From Podarcis vaucheri (Eukaryota), in assembly GCA_965113315.1 (NCBI GenBank), contig OZ220372.1: a stretch of 64,000 nucleotides of DNA. One strand, 5' to 3'. The notes beneath the pieces are model-generated. The model was given only the letters and a program-made list of their open reading frames with translations, made no database searches and was not told the DNA's origin. The translations under genes were made by a program, and so were the position numbers. This document shows positions 36,401 through 45,428 of this stretch, piece by piece (the first letter of the stretch is position 1; each line of letters begins with the position of its first letter).

Positions 36401-39400
36401 GCCACTTTAAGAGCATATATCTATGTAGAAGAAATTGGATATAAACTATGTACACAAATAAGTAAATGCAGTATCACTCCTTCTTAATGTCCTGTCCGGA
36501 AACCTATGTCCCCACTGTGGAAGGACGTTTGGATCTAGAATTGGCCTCCACAGTCACTTATGGACTCGCTGTTAAGACCATGCTCATGGAAGACAATCTA
36601 ACTCGGCTACGAGTGATAGCCAAAGAAGAAAAACAAGAGTGTACAATATTCCAGGAGAGATAAAATTTCTTGACAGATTATATTTCACACACCCTGCCCT
36701 TCCTCCAATCAACTGAGAAAAACAATTTAAGCTGGGCAAAATCATCTAATGCAGTGTTTCCCAACCTTTTTTGGGCAACGGCACACCTGTTTAATGAAAA
36801 AAATCTCGCGGCACACCACCATTACAGTCCCGTGACGTCAGCACGCAGCGTCACGCCGGGAGGGACGCACGAAAGTGAAAGTTTTCAATTTTTTCCCTCC
36901 CCCTTGCCGGGGAACCTCCAAGCTTTGGGGGGGGGGAGGAGGCAGCAAAGCGAGGCAGGAAGAAGAGCGCGGCTTGGCTGAGTGAGCTTTGGCAGGGGCA
37001 GGGAATGAGAGCCGCGAGGCGGGCGCTGCGGACGGAGGCGCTGCCCGCCGAGCTCGCAGCTCGCCCGTCGAAGCCTGCACGATCACCCGCCGCGGGGATC
37101 CGGGGGCGGCGGCGCGGTTGCTGGGCAGCGGCGGGGGTGGTGGTGGCGGTGGCTGCTTGCCGCCCTCCCGGGCGGAGGCGGGCACGGTGGGCACCGGCAC
37201 GGCCAAGGGCCCCTGCTTGGTGCCGTCGGATGTGGGAGCTCGCTCGCTCGCTCGCCCCGCGTGTGCTCGCCGAGCGGCGATAGGATGTAGCGAGCGGCGA
37301 TGGGGCTAGCCGGAGAAGAGAGGGCGAGCCCCCTCCGCTCCCGCCCTAAAAAGGGCAAGCCACGCCCCCTCCAGCCAGCCAGGAGGCGTGGCCGGATGGG
37401 ATTCCCCTGCTCTCGCGGGGGCTGAGATGGGATTCCCCGCTCACGTGGGGGCGGATGGGATTCCCCCTCACGTGGGGGCGGATGGGATTCCCCGCTCACG
37501 TGGGGAAGGGCGTGATGCCCGCAACCCCACCTCCTGGGGCAGGCCCAGTGGCGAGCGGATGCGCAGGCCCAGTAGCGAGCGGCGATGGGATGTGGGAGCT
37601 CGCTCGCTCGCCGCCCCGCGTGTGCTCGCCGCCGCCGCCCCGCCTCTCACCGCCCGACTCGCCCGCCTCCACGGAACACAAGGCAAAGTTCCGCGGCACA
37701 CTAGTCTAATGGATCAGATGCTCCCTGCAAGCCATTACATTCATACCTTGTAAGTTGAACAGAATCCGTTCCGGAAGTCTGTTCAACTTCTAAAATGTTT
37801 GGAAACCAAGGCACAGCTTTCGATTGGCTCCAGGAAACTCCTGCAGCCAATCAGAAGCCACACTGGATGTTCAGCTTCCAAAGAATGTTTGCAAACTGGA
37901 ACACTTACTTCCGGGTTTGCAGCATTCGTCAGCCAAAATGTACAACTGCCAAGGCGTTCAGCTTCCAAGGTACGACTGTAGTAAAAGTGCATGTCATGTT
38001 CCAGACAACAAGTTACATGAGTCAAAGGGGTCTTTAAACATCTTTTGAAATGGCAGCTCCCATGCCTCATGTCAAATTTATTTTTCAAACTGAGCAGAGT
38101 ATGGCATGGAGATATTTTGAATGAAGAAAAAAAAGTCACAAAGTACTCCTACATGATCGAAGCCACTGGTCTTCAGCCAGTGGGCTGGGACTCACTATCA
38201 GGTCATGGCTGATCTAAGGTGAGTCACAGCAGCAGTACTACCACAATACAAATATGTGGTAAGAAAAGTAAGAACTATACCCCCAACTGCAATTCTTTAG
38301 ATACCAGTCACAGTTTAACAAGAACACCAGACATAATTAGCAATGTAGATTAAGACACTGTGTATGAATAACGTAACTTAAAAGAAAGAATTGTGGCCGC
38401 ACCTGCTTCTTTAACTCCTCTACTTCTCTTGATTTCTCCAACAATTCATCTCGGAATTCACCGAGCAGACCCTGAAATTTATCATGAACTGTCTGCTTTT
38501 CACGTAACAACTGTTTGAGCTCATTTTGTGATTTTGTATATTCATTCTGAAGCCTGAAAAAAAATCATTTTACAATGTATCTGCTTTTCAATTTACTGAT
38601 CTATATCTTGGCACATTGAAGATAACAGAGAAAGGAGAGGAAAGGGGAAGTAGGATAAACAGGGGAAGCATATCAGTTCATTTCAGTTACACATACTTAG
38701 GCTTAATTACAGCTAATATAACACATAGGGAGTTGTGCCAAAAGTCTGCACAGAAAAGGAGAGATTGAAAGAAGAGCAGCAACAACATGGAGATATTCTG
38801 AGTGGCAGATTTAACGTTTTATTCCTGTTAGAAAGTTTTTTTATACTGAAAATGCCAATACACACAAACACAAAATCAATAATAATAATAATAATAATAA
38901 TAGTAATAGTAATAATAATAATATCTTTATTGTCATTGCCTCCTCTCGGGGACAACGAAATTACTTGACTGCCCCATAAAAACACTAATTAAACAATACA
39001 GTATAGTATAGCAAGGAAGATTAGATGACTTTCAAAGTCCAGGCTTCCCATTCAGGGCCGAGATCGCTCTGGAGAAGAAGCTGTTCTTAAGACGGCTCAT
39101 TCTTGTCTTCATCGTCCTGTATCTCCGTCCCAACGGCAGGAGCTCGAAGAGACAGTGACCAGGATGTGATGGATTGTACATTGTACATATTTTTAAATAC
39201 ACTAGCACAACAATACAACCCCCACTTTGTGGTGGGCTGGGGGGAAGTGGATTGGGTGCAAGTCCTGGCAGCCTGTATCTGGCACAGAGTTCCACTCCCA
39301 CCTGCCAAAAATGTGGAATTGCCATTAGCAGGATTCCCACTGGCAGCAACCAGTGGAATCTCCAAAACAGAACTTTCTAGGGGCAGGGCTGAACTGGCCT

Positions 39401-40318
39401 GGGATATGTTGGATCCTAAGCAGGCCCTACTACAGTCACATGATGGTCACCTCCAGGTTGGCACAGTAATCTGCCAATTCTCCACCTTCTGTGCAGGAGA
39501 GCTGTATCTGCCACCCTTCTACTCCATAAAGCCCTACCAAGCAGAGAAGAGTTAGAATTGTTCCCTAAATAATTGAAATCTCAACATCCCAAGAAATGGA
39601 GGCTCAATTCACAGAAACCAGAAGCAATACAATGGCAAAGTGAAACAGAACTGCATGGAGGCTGCTCCATTTGGCAAATAGTTTGTGTGCTTTTGCCAAG
39701 CTTCAACAGTACACTGCCCATACCGGCCAAAGAAATAATGTTGAGCAGATGGAAGAGCTGGTTCCCACTGCCTGAAGGCAACATCCAACAGCACACATGC
39801 CCACCCAGTATGTCCCCTCAGGAAATACTAGGGCACAGAAAAGGACGTCACTGTGTGAAGGTGCATTGTGTATCTTTGGGCAATGGTGCCTTTTCCACAT
39901 TGAGGAGGGAATACCAGCCAAAAATTGTCTACCCATCCCTGGTGGCTGCGACATAACCATGCAAATCCACCTGTTGTCATCAAGTTCCTGCAAACTGGCC
40001 CCCACTCCCCAGTAAAAGTTTGTAGCAGTGTGCTAAACTTGAATACTATTTGTCTAACATCTGATTAGTACTGCAACTAGTTTAGCTATAGAAAACTTAC
40101 ATTTTATTTTCATGATCAAAACATTTAATTAAATAGCTCAACATCAAAAAGAAAGAAAGCATACTATACCTTGTATGTTCTGCTTTAAGAGTTTGGTAAT
40201 TGTTTTTATGGTGTTCACACCGCATTCTTTCATCATTTAACAGTTTTTGTACTTCTGCTTGTGAGCTAAGATCTCCACTTCCACCGACTGATGAAAGGAT
40301 ATGTGGAAAAGTGTCCAT
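18238..40318 (-). CDS. CEP83: Centrosomal protein of 83 kDa (CCDC41), complete CDS, about 718 aa. complement(join(18238..18429,18572..18749,18938..19041,19903..20032,21039..21196,22187..22262,23644..23793,24209..24353,25260..25374,30145..30276,32171..32422,33161..33292,35305..35397,38403..38553,40170..40318))
   Basis: Coiled-coil protein matching vertebrate CEP83 as recalled: MDTFP...[97 protein letters not shown]. 2157 nt = 719 codons; all phases agree. Confidence 0.96.
18572..18749 (-). CDS. CEP83: CEP83 coding exon 14 ([12 protein letters not shown]...FPFLP)
   Basis: ttttag| ... CCG|gtaggt, 178 nt. Confidence 0.93.
18938..19041 (-). CDS. CEP83: CEP83 coding exon 13 (RKTLNDKK...NQVLN)
   Basis: ttgcag| ... 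AG|gtacat, 104 nt. Confidence 0.94.
19903..20032 (-). CDS. CEP83: CEP83 coding exon 12 ([13 protein letters not shown]...AVAQKK), GC donor
   Basis: ctccag| ... AAG|gcatgt, 130 nt. Confidence 0.9.
21039..21196 (-). CDS. CEP83: CEP83 coding exon 11 ([12 protein letters not shown]...LDSE)
   Basis: ttgcag| ... AA|gtatga, 158 nt. Confidence 0.94.
22187..22262 (-). CDS. CEP83: CEP83 coding exon 10 (LKIQQQ...ANLKG)
   Basis: ttatag| ... GGG|gtaagg, 76 nt. Confidence 0.92.
23644..23793 (-). CDS. CEP83: CEP83 coding exon 9 ([12 protein letters not shown]...EIKDL)
   Basis: tttcag| ... AG|gtaatt, 150 nt. Confidence 0.94.
24209..24353 (-). CDS. CEP83: CEP83 coding exon 8 ([10 protein letters not shown]...LQEE)
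   Basis: aacag| ... AA|gtaagt, 145 nt. Confidence 0.94.
25260..25374 (-). CDS. CEP83: CEP83 coding exon 7 ([12 protein letters not shown]...QSEID)
   Basis: tatag| ... G|gtaaaa, 115 nt. Confidence 0.94.
28121..28477 (-). mobile_element. Full-length Sauria SINE (Squam1)
   Basis: (ACCTTT)n tail on - strand, tRNA-like head; 17-bp TSD taatatacttcctttat / tattatactttctttat; near-identical to the copy at 61975. Confidence 0.92.
30145..30276 (-). CDS. CEP83: CEP83 coding exon 6 (AEKQSLKLQ...ALTTK)
   Basis: ttttaag| ... AAA|gtaagt, 132 nt. Confidence 0.94.
31501..31656. mobile_element. Degraded Tc1/mariner (Tc2/pogo-like) MITE
   Basis: tatttttcc..tataagac / gtcttata..ggaaaaatatgg inverted ends, like 45214. 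Confidence 0.55.
32171..32422 (-). CDS. CEP83: CEP83 coding exon 5 ([14 protein letters not shown]...TRSLE)
   Basis: catag| ... GAG|gtagga, 252 nt. Confidence 0.95.
33161..33292 (-). CDS. CEP83: CEP83 coding exon 4 ([16 protein letters not shown]...KYESE)
   Basis: ttag| ... GAG|gtaagg, 132 nt. Confidence 0.94.
33574..34663. mobile_element. Non-autonomous hAT transposon, 1.09 kb
   Basis: TIR taggtctgtgctata / tatcgcccagcccta; perfect 8-bp TSD GTTGAGAT (33566-33573, 34664-34671); related end fragment at 27782. Confidence 0.88.
35305..35397 (-). CDS. CEP83: CEP83 coding exon 3 ([10 protein letters not shown]...RKLDK)
   Basis: atgtag| ... AAA|gtaagt, 93 nt. Confidence 0.92.
35840..36100 (+). 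mobile_element. Degraded CORE-type SINE (Squam3/MIR-like)
   Basis: tRNA-like head, tgaccttgggc core, AATAAAT tail; similar piece at ~62700-62825. Confidence 0.55.
36752..37703. mobile_element. Young GC-rich non-autonomous hAT (Charlie-like) element with right TIR deleted
   Basis: Left TIR cagtgtttcccaacc; subterminal cgcggcacac at both ends; 8-bp TSD atctaatg / gtctaatg; undecayed CpGs. Confidence 0.85.
37394..37506. repeat. 4 x ~28-bp tandem repeat (gatgggattccccgctcacgtgggggcg)
   Basis: Units read directly at 37394, 37426, 37454 and 37481. Confidence 0.92.
37738..37978. mobile_element. Tigger/pogo-like MITE
   Basis: TA|cattcataccttg ... caaggtacgactg|TA; body similar to 44224 and 44698. 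Confidence 0.75.
38403..38553 (-). CDS. CEP83: CEP83 coding exon 2 ([14 protein letters not shown]...ELKKQ)
   Basis: ttttcag| ... CAG|gtgcgg, 151 nt. Confidence 0.93.
38878..39174 (-). mobile_element. Rex1/Babar-type LINE, 5'-truncated 3' end
   Basis: Encodes [42 protein letters not shown] (Rex1 ORF C-terminus pattern), then AATAAAG and a (TTA)n tail. Confidence 0.8.
40170..40318 (-). CDS. CEP83: CEP83 coding exon 1 (exon probably begins at 40428 with 5'UTR)
   Basis: ATG at 40318; AG|gtatag donor; acceptor ctaat...ttttctgtttgtacag| at 40429. Confidence 0.92.
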
Positions 40319-41759
40319 TCTGACTGAATGTTAATGAGATGACAATGTTAATAAAGCTGTCAGCACAAGCCTGCCACCGTCATAGAGACCTCTTTCTCTC
40401 CTGAGGGAATCCCTTGAGGCCAAATTACCTGTACAAACAGAAAAGCACCCAATTAGTAGTCAATGGATTCATGGTTAAAAAGGCTCTGCTTTGAATACAT
40501 GTTCAAAAGCTTCATTATTTCTCTGACAAGGGTATCTTTGAAAATACATATATATAGTGTGTGTGTTTTAATCTGATATCATTCTCAAATCAACCACATT
40601 AAACAAAGTTAATTTATGAAAGCACTGCATAAACTTCCCCATTACCTAAACCATTTTTTTCTTTGGGTGCAAAAGTTCTGTTCCCGCAGGACTGTTTACT
40701 CTGAAGGATTATACAGAAGACAGCCAAACTGTGCAATATCCTCCGAGGATAATGCATCCCACTTTGTGACAGATGCAAGTTACAACCAGTATAATATTCA
40801 ACACTTTGCCTGCATTGAATGCCTTGCTAAAATCTTCCCTGCCATTGCTAGGCACTAAACTGAAGCTACCAATGGTTTTAGCTATGCGATATGACTAATA
40901 TTGTTTTGTAAAACAATTAATATTTGGTTTATTTGACACATTATGCCTAAACTTACTGAGGAAGAGAAAATAATTAATAGTAAAAATACAAGCCTTCAGG
41001 CTTTGGCACAGGATAGGCTATAAATCAAAACTAAGCACAAACATTAAACTAGTAAAAAGAACTTTACACCAGAGCTTAAAGCATGCCCACTAAATAAAAT
41101 TTGAGGAGCTGGGGTTGCCAGAAAATGTCTTGCAATTAAAAGGTCAATGGATTTGAAACACAAATTTTAATACTTACAATAAAGTTACATGCTGAAAAAT
41201 TAAATACACATCCAGTGTGTATAGGTGAAGTTTTATTTGTTGTATGATTACAATTTCTCCTACGTGCACAGCTCCCCAAAACAGATGGGGGGGGCGAGAC
41301 TAAGTCTCCTCATTGGCTCTCACCCTGTTTTTAAAAGATTCGTTTTTCAAACCATATCTTTTATTATTTCTGTTTTTTTATTATTATTAACAGCCTTGAT
41401 AAAAGATACCGGAATAAATATTAGGATAGATGCTAATTGTGCAATATAGAAGACAGTAATCCATTTGGATTATACTGACCCCTTGTGGTTAAGTTTCCAA
41501 ATGCTTATAAAACTGTGAGCGGTTATTTCTAGAGAGCTGCTTAAATTAGTGCAGCTACATTGCACGCAACTTTTAAGAGCAGCAGAACTAGAGCGGTTAG
41601 CCAGCATTACCTTACGAGCACCTTGGCGGTATTTTTAAAAAAAAATCCCTTTGGCCGGTGAAACTATCTAGAGTGGCATTACTTTACAGTGCTTTTTTTT
41701 GTAGAAAAAGAGAAACTCACCGTGAACGCCTACCTTATAATGGCAATGGCGCCCACCTG

Positions 41760-42520
41760 AGAGGTGCGGGAACCAAGTTCCTGATAGCGAGGAAAGAAAA
41801 GAAAAAGCCCTAGATGACAATATTCCGTGTTTCGTCTCACTGGGACTGGGTTTTTTTTTTTGGGGGGGGGGGGAGACGCCGGTCTTCCTTCACCGGCCTA
41901 CCTCAGAGGGCCGTCGCGAAGGCGAAAGGCGGGCGGGGAAGGGAAGCCTCCAGCCCCCACGAAGGAAAGCGGCTGACCGACCCACGTCGAAAGAACGAGA
42001 ACCGCGAAGCAAACGGGCAGCGCCAACCGCCTCAGGAGCAGCCCTGCCCCGCCGGCCCAGCCCTGCCTCCTTCCCTTCCTCGCTTACCCGCCACCTCAGG
42101 CGGGCATCGGTTGCCTCGGCTGTTTAAAAATGGCGCTTCGGCTCCGCTCGCCCCGCCCCTCTCGTTTTCCGCTGAGCCCTCCCGGGACCCGTATGCTCGC
42201 CTACCTTTCCATTTTGTCAGCTGGCGCCTGGAACCCACCGGACAATATCTTCGCCAGCCCCGGGGCATCACGGGAATGCGGAAGCGTGGTTGCCACGATG
42301 CAATAGATGCAAGAGGGCGGGAGGCGGCGCGCGAAGGCAAAAGTGGGCGGGGCTAATCGTGTTAACCCTTAGCTTGTCCGTTTCTCAGGAACGCTGCTTG
42401 ATTACGCCCAAAGTAGAGAACGTTCTAATCGGAGGAGGCGGTTCTTGCGTTCTTTAAAAACGAAGTGCACTAACCTTTGATGAGAGGGAACCAATACTTC
42501 AGGCGTGGGGGGCGGGGAAC
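41760..42520 (-). promoter_or_regulatory. CpG-island promoter and probable non-coding first exon of CEP83 (candidate donor GCGG|gtaagc at 42088/42087)
   Basis: CpG-rich island about 1.5 kb upstream of the ATG exon; GC box gggcggggc (~42345), ETS-like cggaag (~42279), YY1-like aaaatggcg (~42127), GTTGCC X-box half-sites. Confidence 0.8.
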
Positions 42521-42988
42521 GAGCTTTAGGGTACATTCCTGACTGACCCCGCTTTCCTAGGAGTCAGCCCCATGGAATTAATGAGCTCCTTCCCAGCAGG
42601 CACAAAGCTGTTAAATTTACTTGAAACAAAGCTGTTCGTTCCCGTTTGGTAGCGTTTTCCTAAGTTTCAAGTGGTCAGGAAAAACAAAAGAGCTGTACAT
42701 GGTTCATCCTGCAACGTAACTCGTTTTCACATCTCATGAAAAGAAGAACGCACGCCATTCACCTGTTTTGTACTAATCAGAGATACAGATTTGTAGTTAG
42801 AATTAGTCCCCCTAGCCACAGATATGGAAAAGGTCGTTTTGGAATGTACTGCAATGCTTCCCCAAACATGAATAGTGCAGTCAAAAATTTTTGTTTCCAT
42901 ACAATGTTAGTAGGGATCAAACTACTGAAATAAAAAAATAAGGTCATATATGAAGATAAAATGTTCATAACGGCATATATAAACCACA

Positions 42989-43683
42989 TGTATGAAACCC
43001 CACAGAAAAAGTGCTGAAACCATTTTGTCCCAAATTGACCTCAAATATTTCTCTGCAAGGTCGAAGGAAAATGGAAAATCCTCCCCCTTGTCTTTTTGTT
43101 CACAAATCCTGTCTTAAGGGTATGTCTGTGTATGAATAGGGTGAGCCTGTGACCTGGCTCAGGAACTAAGTATTTGTCATTACAAAAGACTGGCCAGGCT
43201 CCCCAGGGTATCCAAACAAGTGACCATTAACAGGTCTGCCACACAGGAGATAAACAACGCACTCAAATTTATGTTGTAGACAGCCCTTTCTGTGATGTAG
43301 TTATGATGTATAGGGGTGTGTGGTCTTGAGCTACACTCCTTTCTGTGATGTAGCTTTGATGTATCTGAGGGGTGGTCTTGAGTCACACCCCTTCTTGTGA
43401 TGTATGTATGATGTTTCTGGGGGTGGTCTTGGACTCAAGGGCGGGCAATTTAAAATATAAAGGGCAGGCACACCTTTGTTCTGGGTCCTCCTCCTTTCCT
43501 GCGTGTGAGGAGAGCACCCTGTTGCATTAGTACAATAAAGAACAGGCTTACAAGCTGCTTTGCTTCTCAATATTCGCTGGTTAGCCTGTTATTTTCTCCG
43601 ACCGATGGAGAACCTACAAAGGACTCTATTAAGGGCTCTTGTGTTCCCCATAAGGGAATAAGGGCAGATTTTTGTTTGTTACA
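42989..43683 (+). mobile_element. Probable solo LTR (ERV-like); 5' boundary uncertain
   Basis: TG...CA ends (tgtatgaa / ttgttaca); three ~55-bp U3 direct repeats 43284-43437; TATAAA 43456; AATAAA 43534; TSD not resolved. Confidence 0.7.
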
Positions 43684-43833
43684 CTATTCATTGAGCAGGT
43701 GCACGGAGGGCACTGCTTCTCAGAAACACCAATGGATCACTCAAACTAGCCATTTTGAGAGCAATTGTAAGAATTTGAGGGTGTGTTTGGTTTTTTAAAA
43801 TCTAGTTGAGTCTGAAGATAACCTACTCCTGAT

Positions 43834-43992
43834 CATGGGCGTAGCCAGGACTTTTGTTATTAAGGGCAGGACTTTTGTTAGGTGGGGGCGGAACCTACCT
43901 GATTGGTTGGTTGGTTAGTTAAGTATTTCTATTGTTTACTTGTTCTAGAGGGGACAGCTGCCCTTCCCTCTTCCACCTTGGCTACGCCCATC
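43834..43992. mobile_element. hAT MITE with perfect 8-bp TSD
   Basis: TIR catgggcgtagcc / ggctacgcccatc; TSD CTCCTGAT on both sides. Confidence 0.88.
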
Positions 43993-44223
43993 CTCCTGAT
44001 CTCAACCTGCATAAAATGTGAGACCGACAGACCCGTTTCTTCTGAGTTTACCATGATGTGTCCATATAGAAAACACCCTATATTTTGGAGGGAAATGTGC
44101 ATGGAGATCTGCCAGTAGCCATGGTGGCCAGATAGTGTGCCATGTACAAGGGACCACAGCTACTCCCCCGCCTCCCAACTGTTCACATCAGCACTGACTT
44201 CAAATAGTTTCCGTTTGTTTATA

Positions 44224-44464
44224 CAGTAGTATCCCTGGTTACGAACTTAATTCGTTCCGGAGGTCTGTTCTTAACCCAAAACCGTTCTTAACCTGAGACG
44301 CGCTTTCGCTAATGGGGCCTCCTGCTGCCGCCACACCACCGGTGCGCAATTTCTGTTCTCATCCTGGGGCAAAGTTCTCAACCCGAGTTACTACTTCCGG
44401 GTTAGCGGAGTTTGTAACCCAAAATGTTTGTAACCCGAAGCATTTGTAACCCGAGGTACCACTG
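44224..44464. mobile_element. Tigger/pogo-like MITE
   Basis: TA|cagtagtatccctggttac ... gtaacccgaggtaccactg. Confidence 0.82.
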
Positions 44465-44697
44465 TTCACCTGTGGGCATGTGACAAAGCATAACACCCTA
44501 TGCAAAGGTGTTAACACTTTTGCTAGAAATGAGTTAGAAATGGCTTAAGGACTCCAACTGGTGCGAAACTAGTTTGAGAAACAGCATTCAAACAGTAGTG
44601 TTTAGTAACAAAGTATAGGATTCATAGGCATTTTAGAAAATGTCATGTGAACGTGGATGTTCACATGACATTGTGAAAGTGTCATGTGAAACCAGTA

Positions 44698-44937
44698 CAG
44701 TGGTACCTCTGGATATGAACGGGATCCTTTCCGGAGCCCCGTTTGCATCCTGAAACGAACACAACCCGCGTCTGCGCAGGTCGCGATTCGCCACTTCTGC
44801 GCATGACGTCCTTATGACCGTCTGCACAAGCGCAAGTGGCAAAACCCAGAAGTAACGCATTCCGTTACTTCCGGGTCGCCGCGGAGCGCAACCCAAAAGC
44901 GCTCAACCTGAAGCAACTTCAACCCGAGGTATGACTG
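44698..44937. mobile_element. Tigger/pogo-like MITE
   Basis: TA|cagtggtacctc ... gaggtatgactg|TA, CpG-rich. Confidence 0.85.
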
Positions 44938-45213
44938 TACTAGAAAGATAGTGAGTGTACAGTAAATGGAAGTGTGGACACAGCCTTCCTTGGTTTCAGC
45001 TGCCAGTCTGGTTAACTTTTGTACATAGATTAGGGGAGTCACCATCCTTTCCTTCATCTCAGGAAACAAAATATCTTGAGCCATCCCAGCCAACTCCATT
45101 ACTTTAATTGCTTCTATGCTATTATGTTTGTGTCTCCCCCACCCCCACTATGTACCGATATATCTTCCTCTCTTATTGGCAGTTATTGTCATTCGGAAAA
45201 CAGAAAAAAATTA

Positions 45214-45365
45214 CCGTATTTTTGGCACCATAACACTCACTTTTTTCATCCTAAAAAGTAAGGGGAAATGTCTGTGTGTGTTATGGAGGGAATGCCTACA
45301 GGTGGCATGCCTACGGATTTTCGTCGTCTAAAAACTATGTGCGTGTTATAGAGCGAAAAATACGG
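45214..45365. mobile_element. Tc1/mariner (Tc2-like) MITE
   Basis: TA|ccgtattttt ... aaaaatacgg|TA. Confidence 0.82.
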
Positions 45366-45422
45366 TACTTTATAGTGGACATATTTTAAATAAACCCAGC
45401 ATAATAACTAAATTTAAAAACC

Positions 45423-45428
45423 TTTATT
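45423..45428 (-). terminator. Candidate distal TMCC3 polyadenylation signal (3'UTR about 7.4 kb)
   Basis: AATAAA on - strand with U/GU-rich downstream sequence; Pumilio element TGTAAATA at 45515-45522 nearby; TE cluster begins just beyond. Confidence 0.5.

Noticed and set aside
37394-37506. Regular ~28-bp repeats resembling a CRISPR array
   Set aside because: No unique spacers, no cas genes, vertebrate intron: a minisatellite
36838-37753. Several overlapping 90-138 aa ORFs on both strands
   Set aside because: Low-complexity Ala/Gly/Arg/Pro ORFs caused by high GC inside a non-autonomous hAT element; no transposase motifs
41814-42356. 180-aa + strand ORF
   Set aside because: Lies in the CpG-island promoter; composition reflects GC content, no domain
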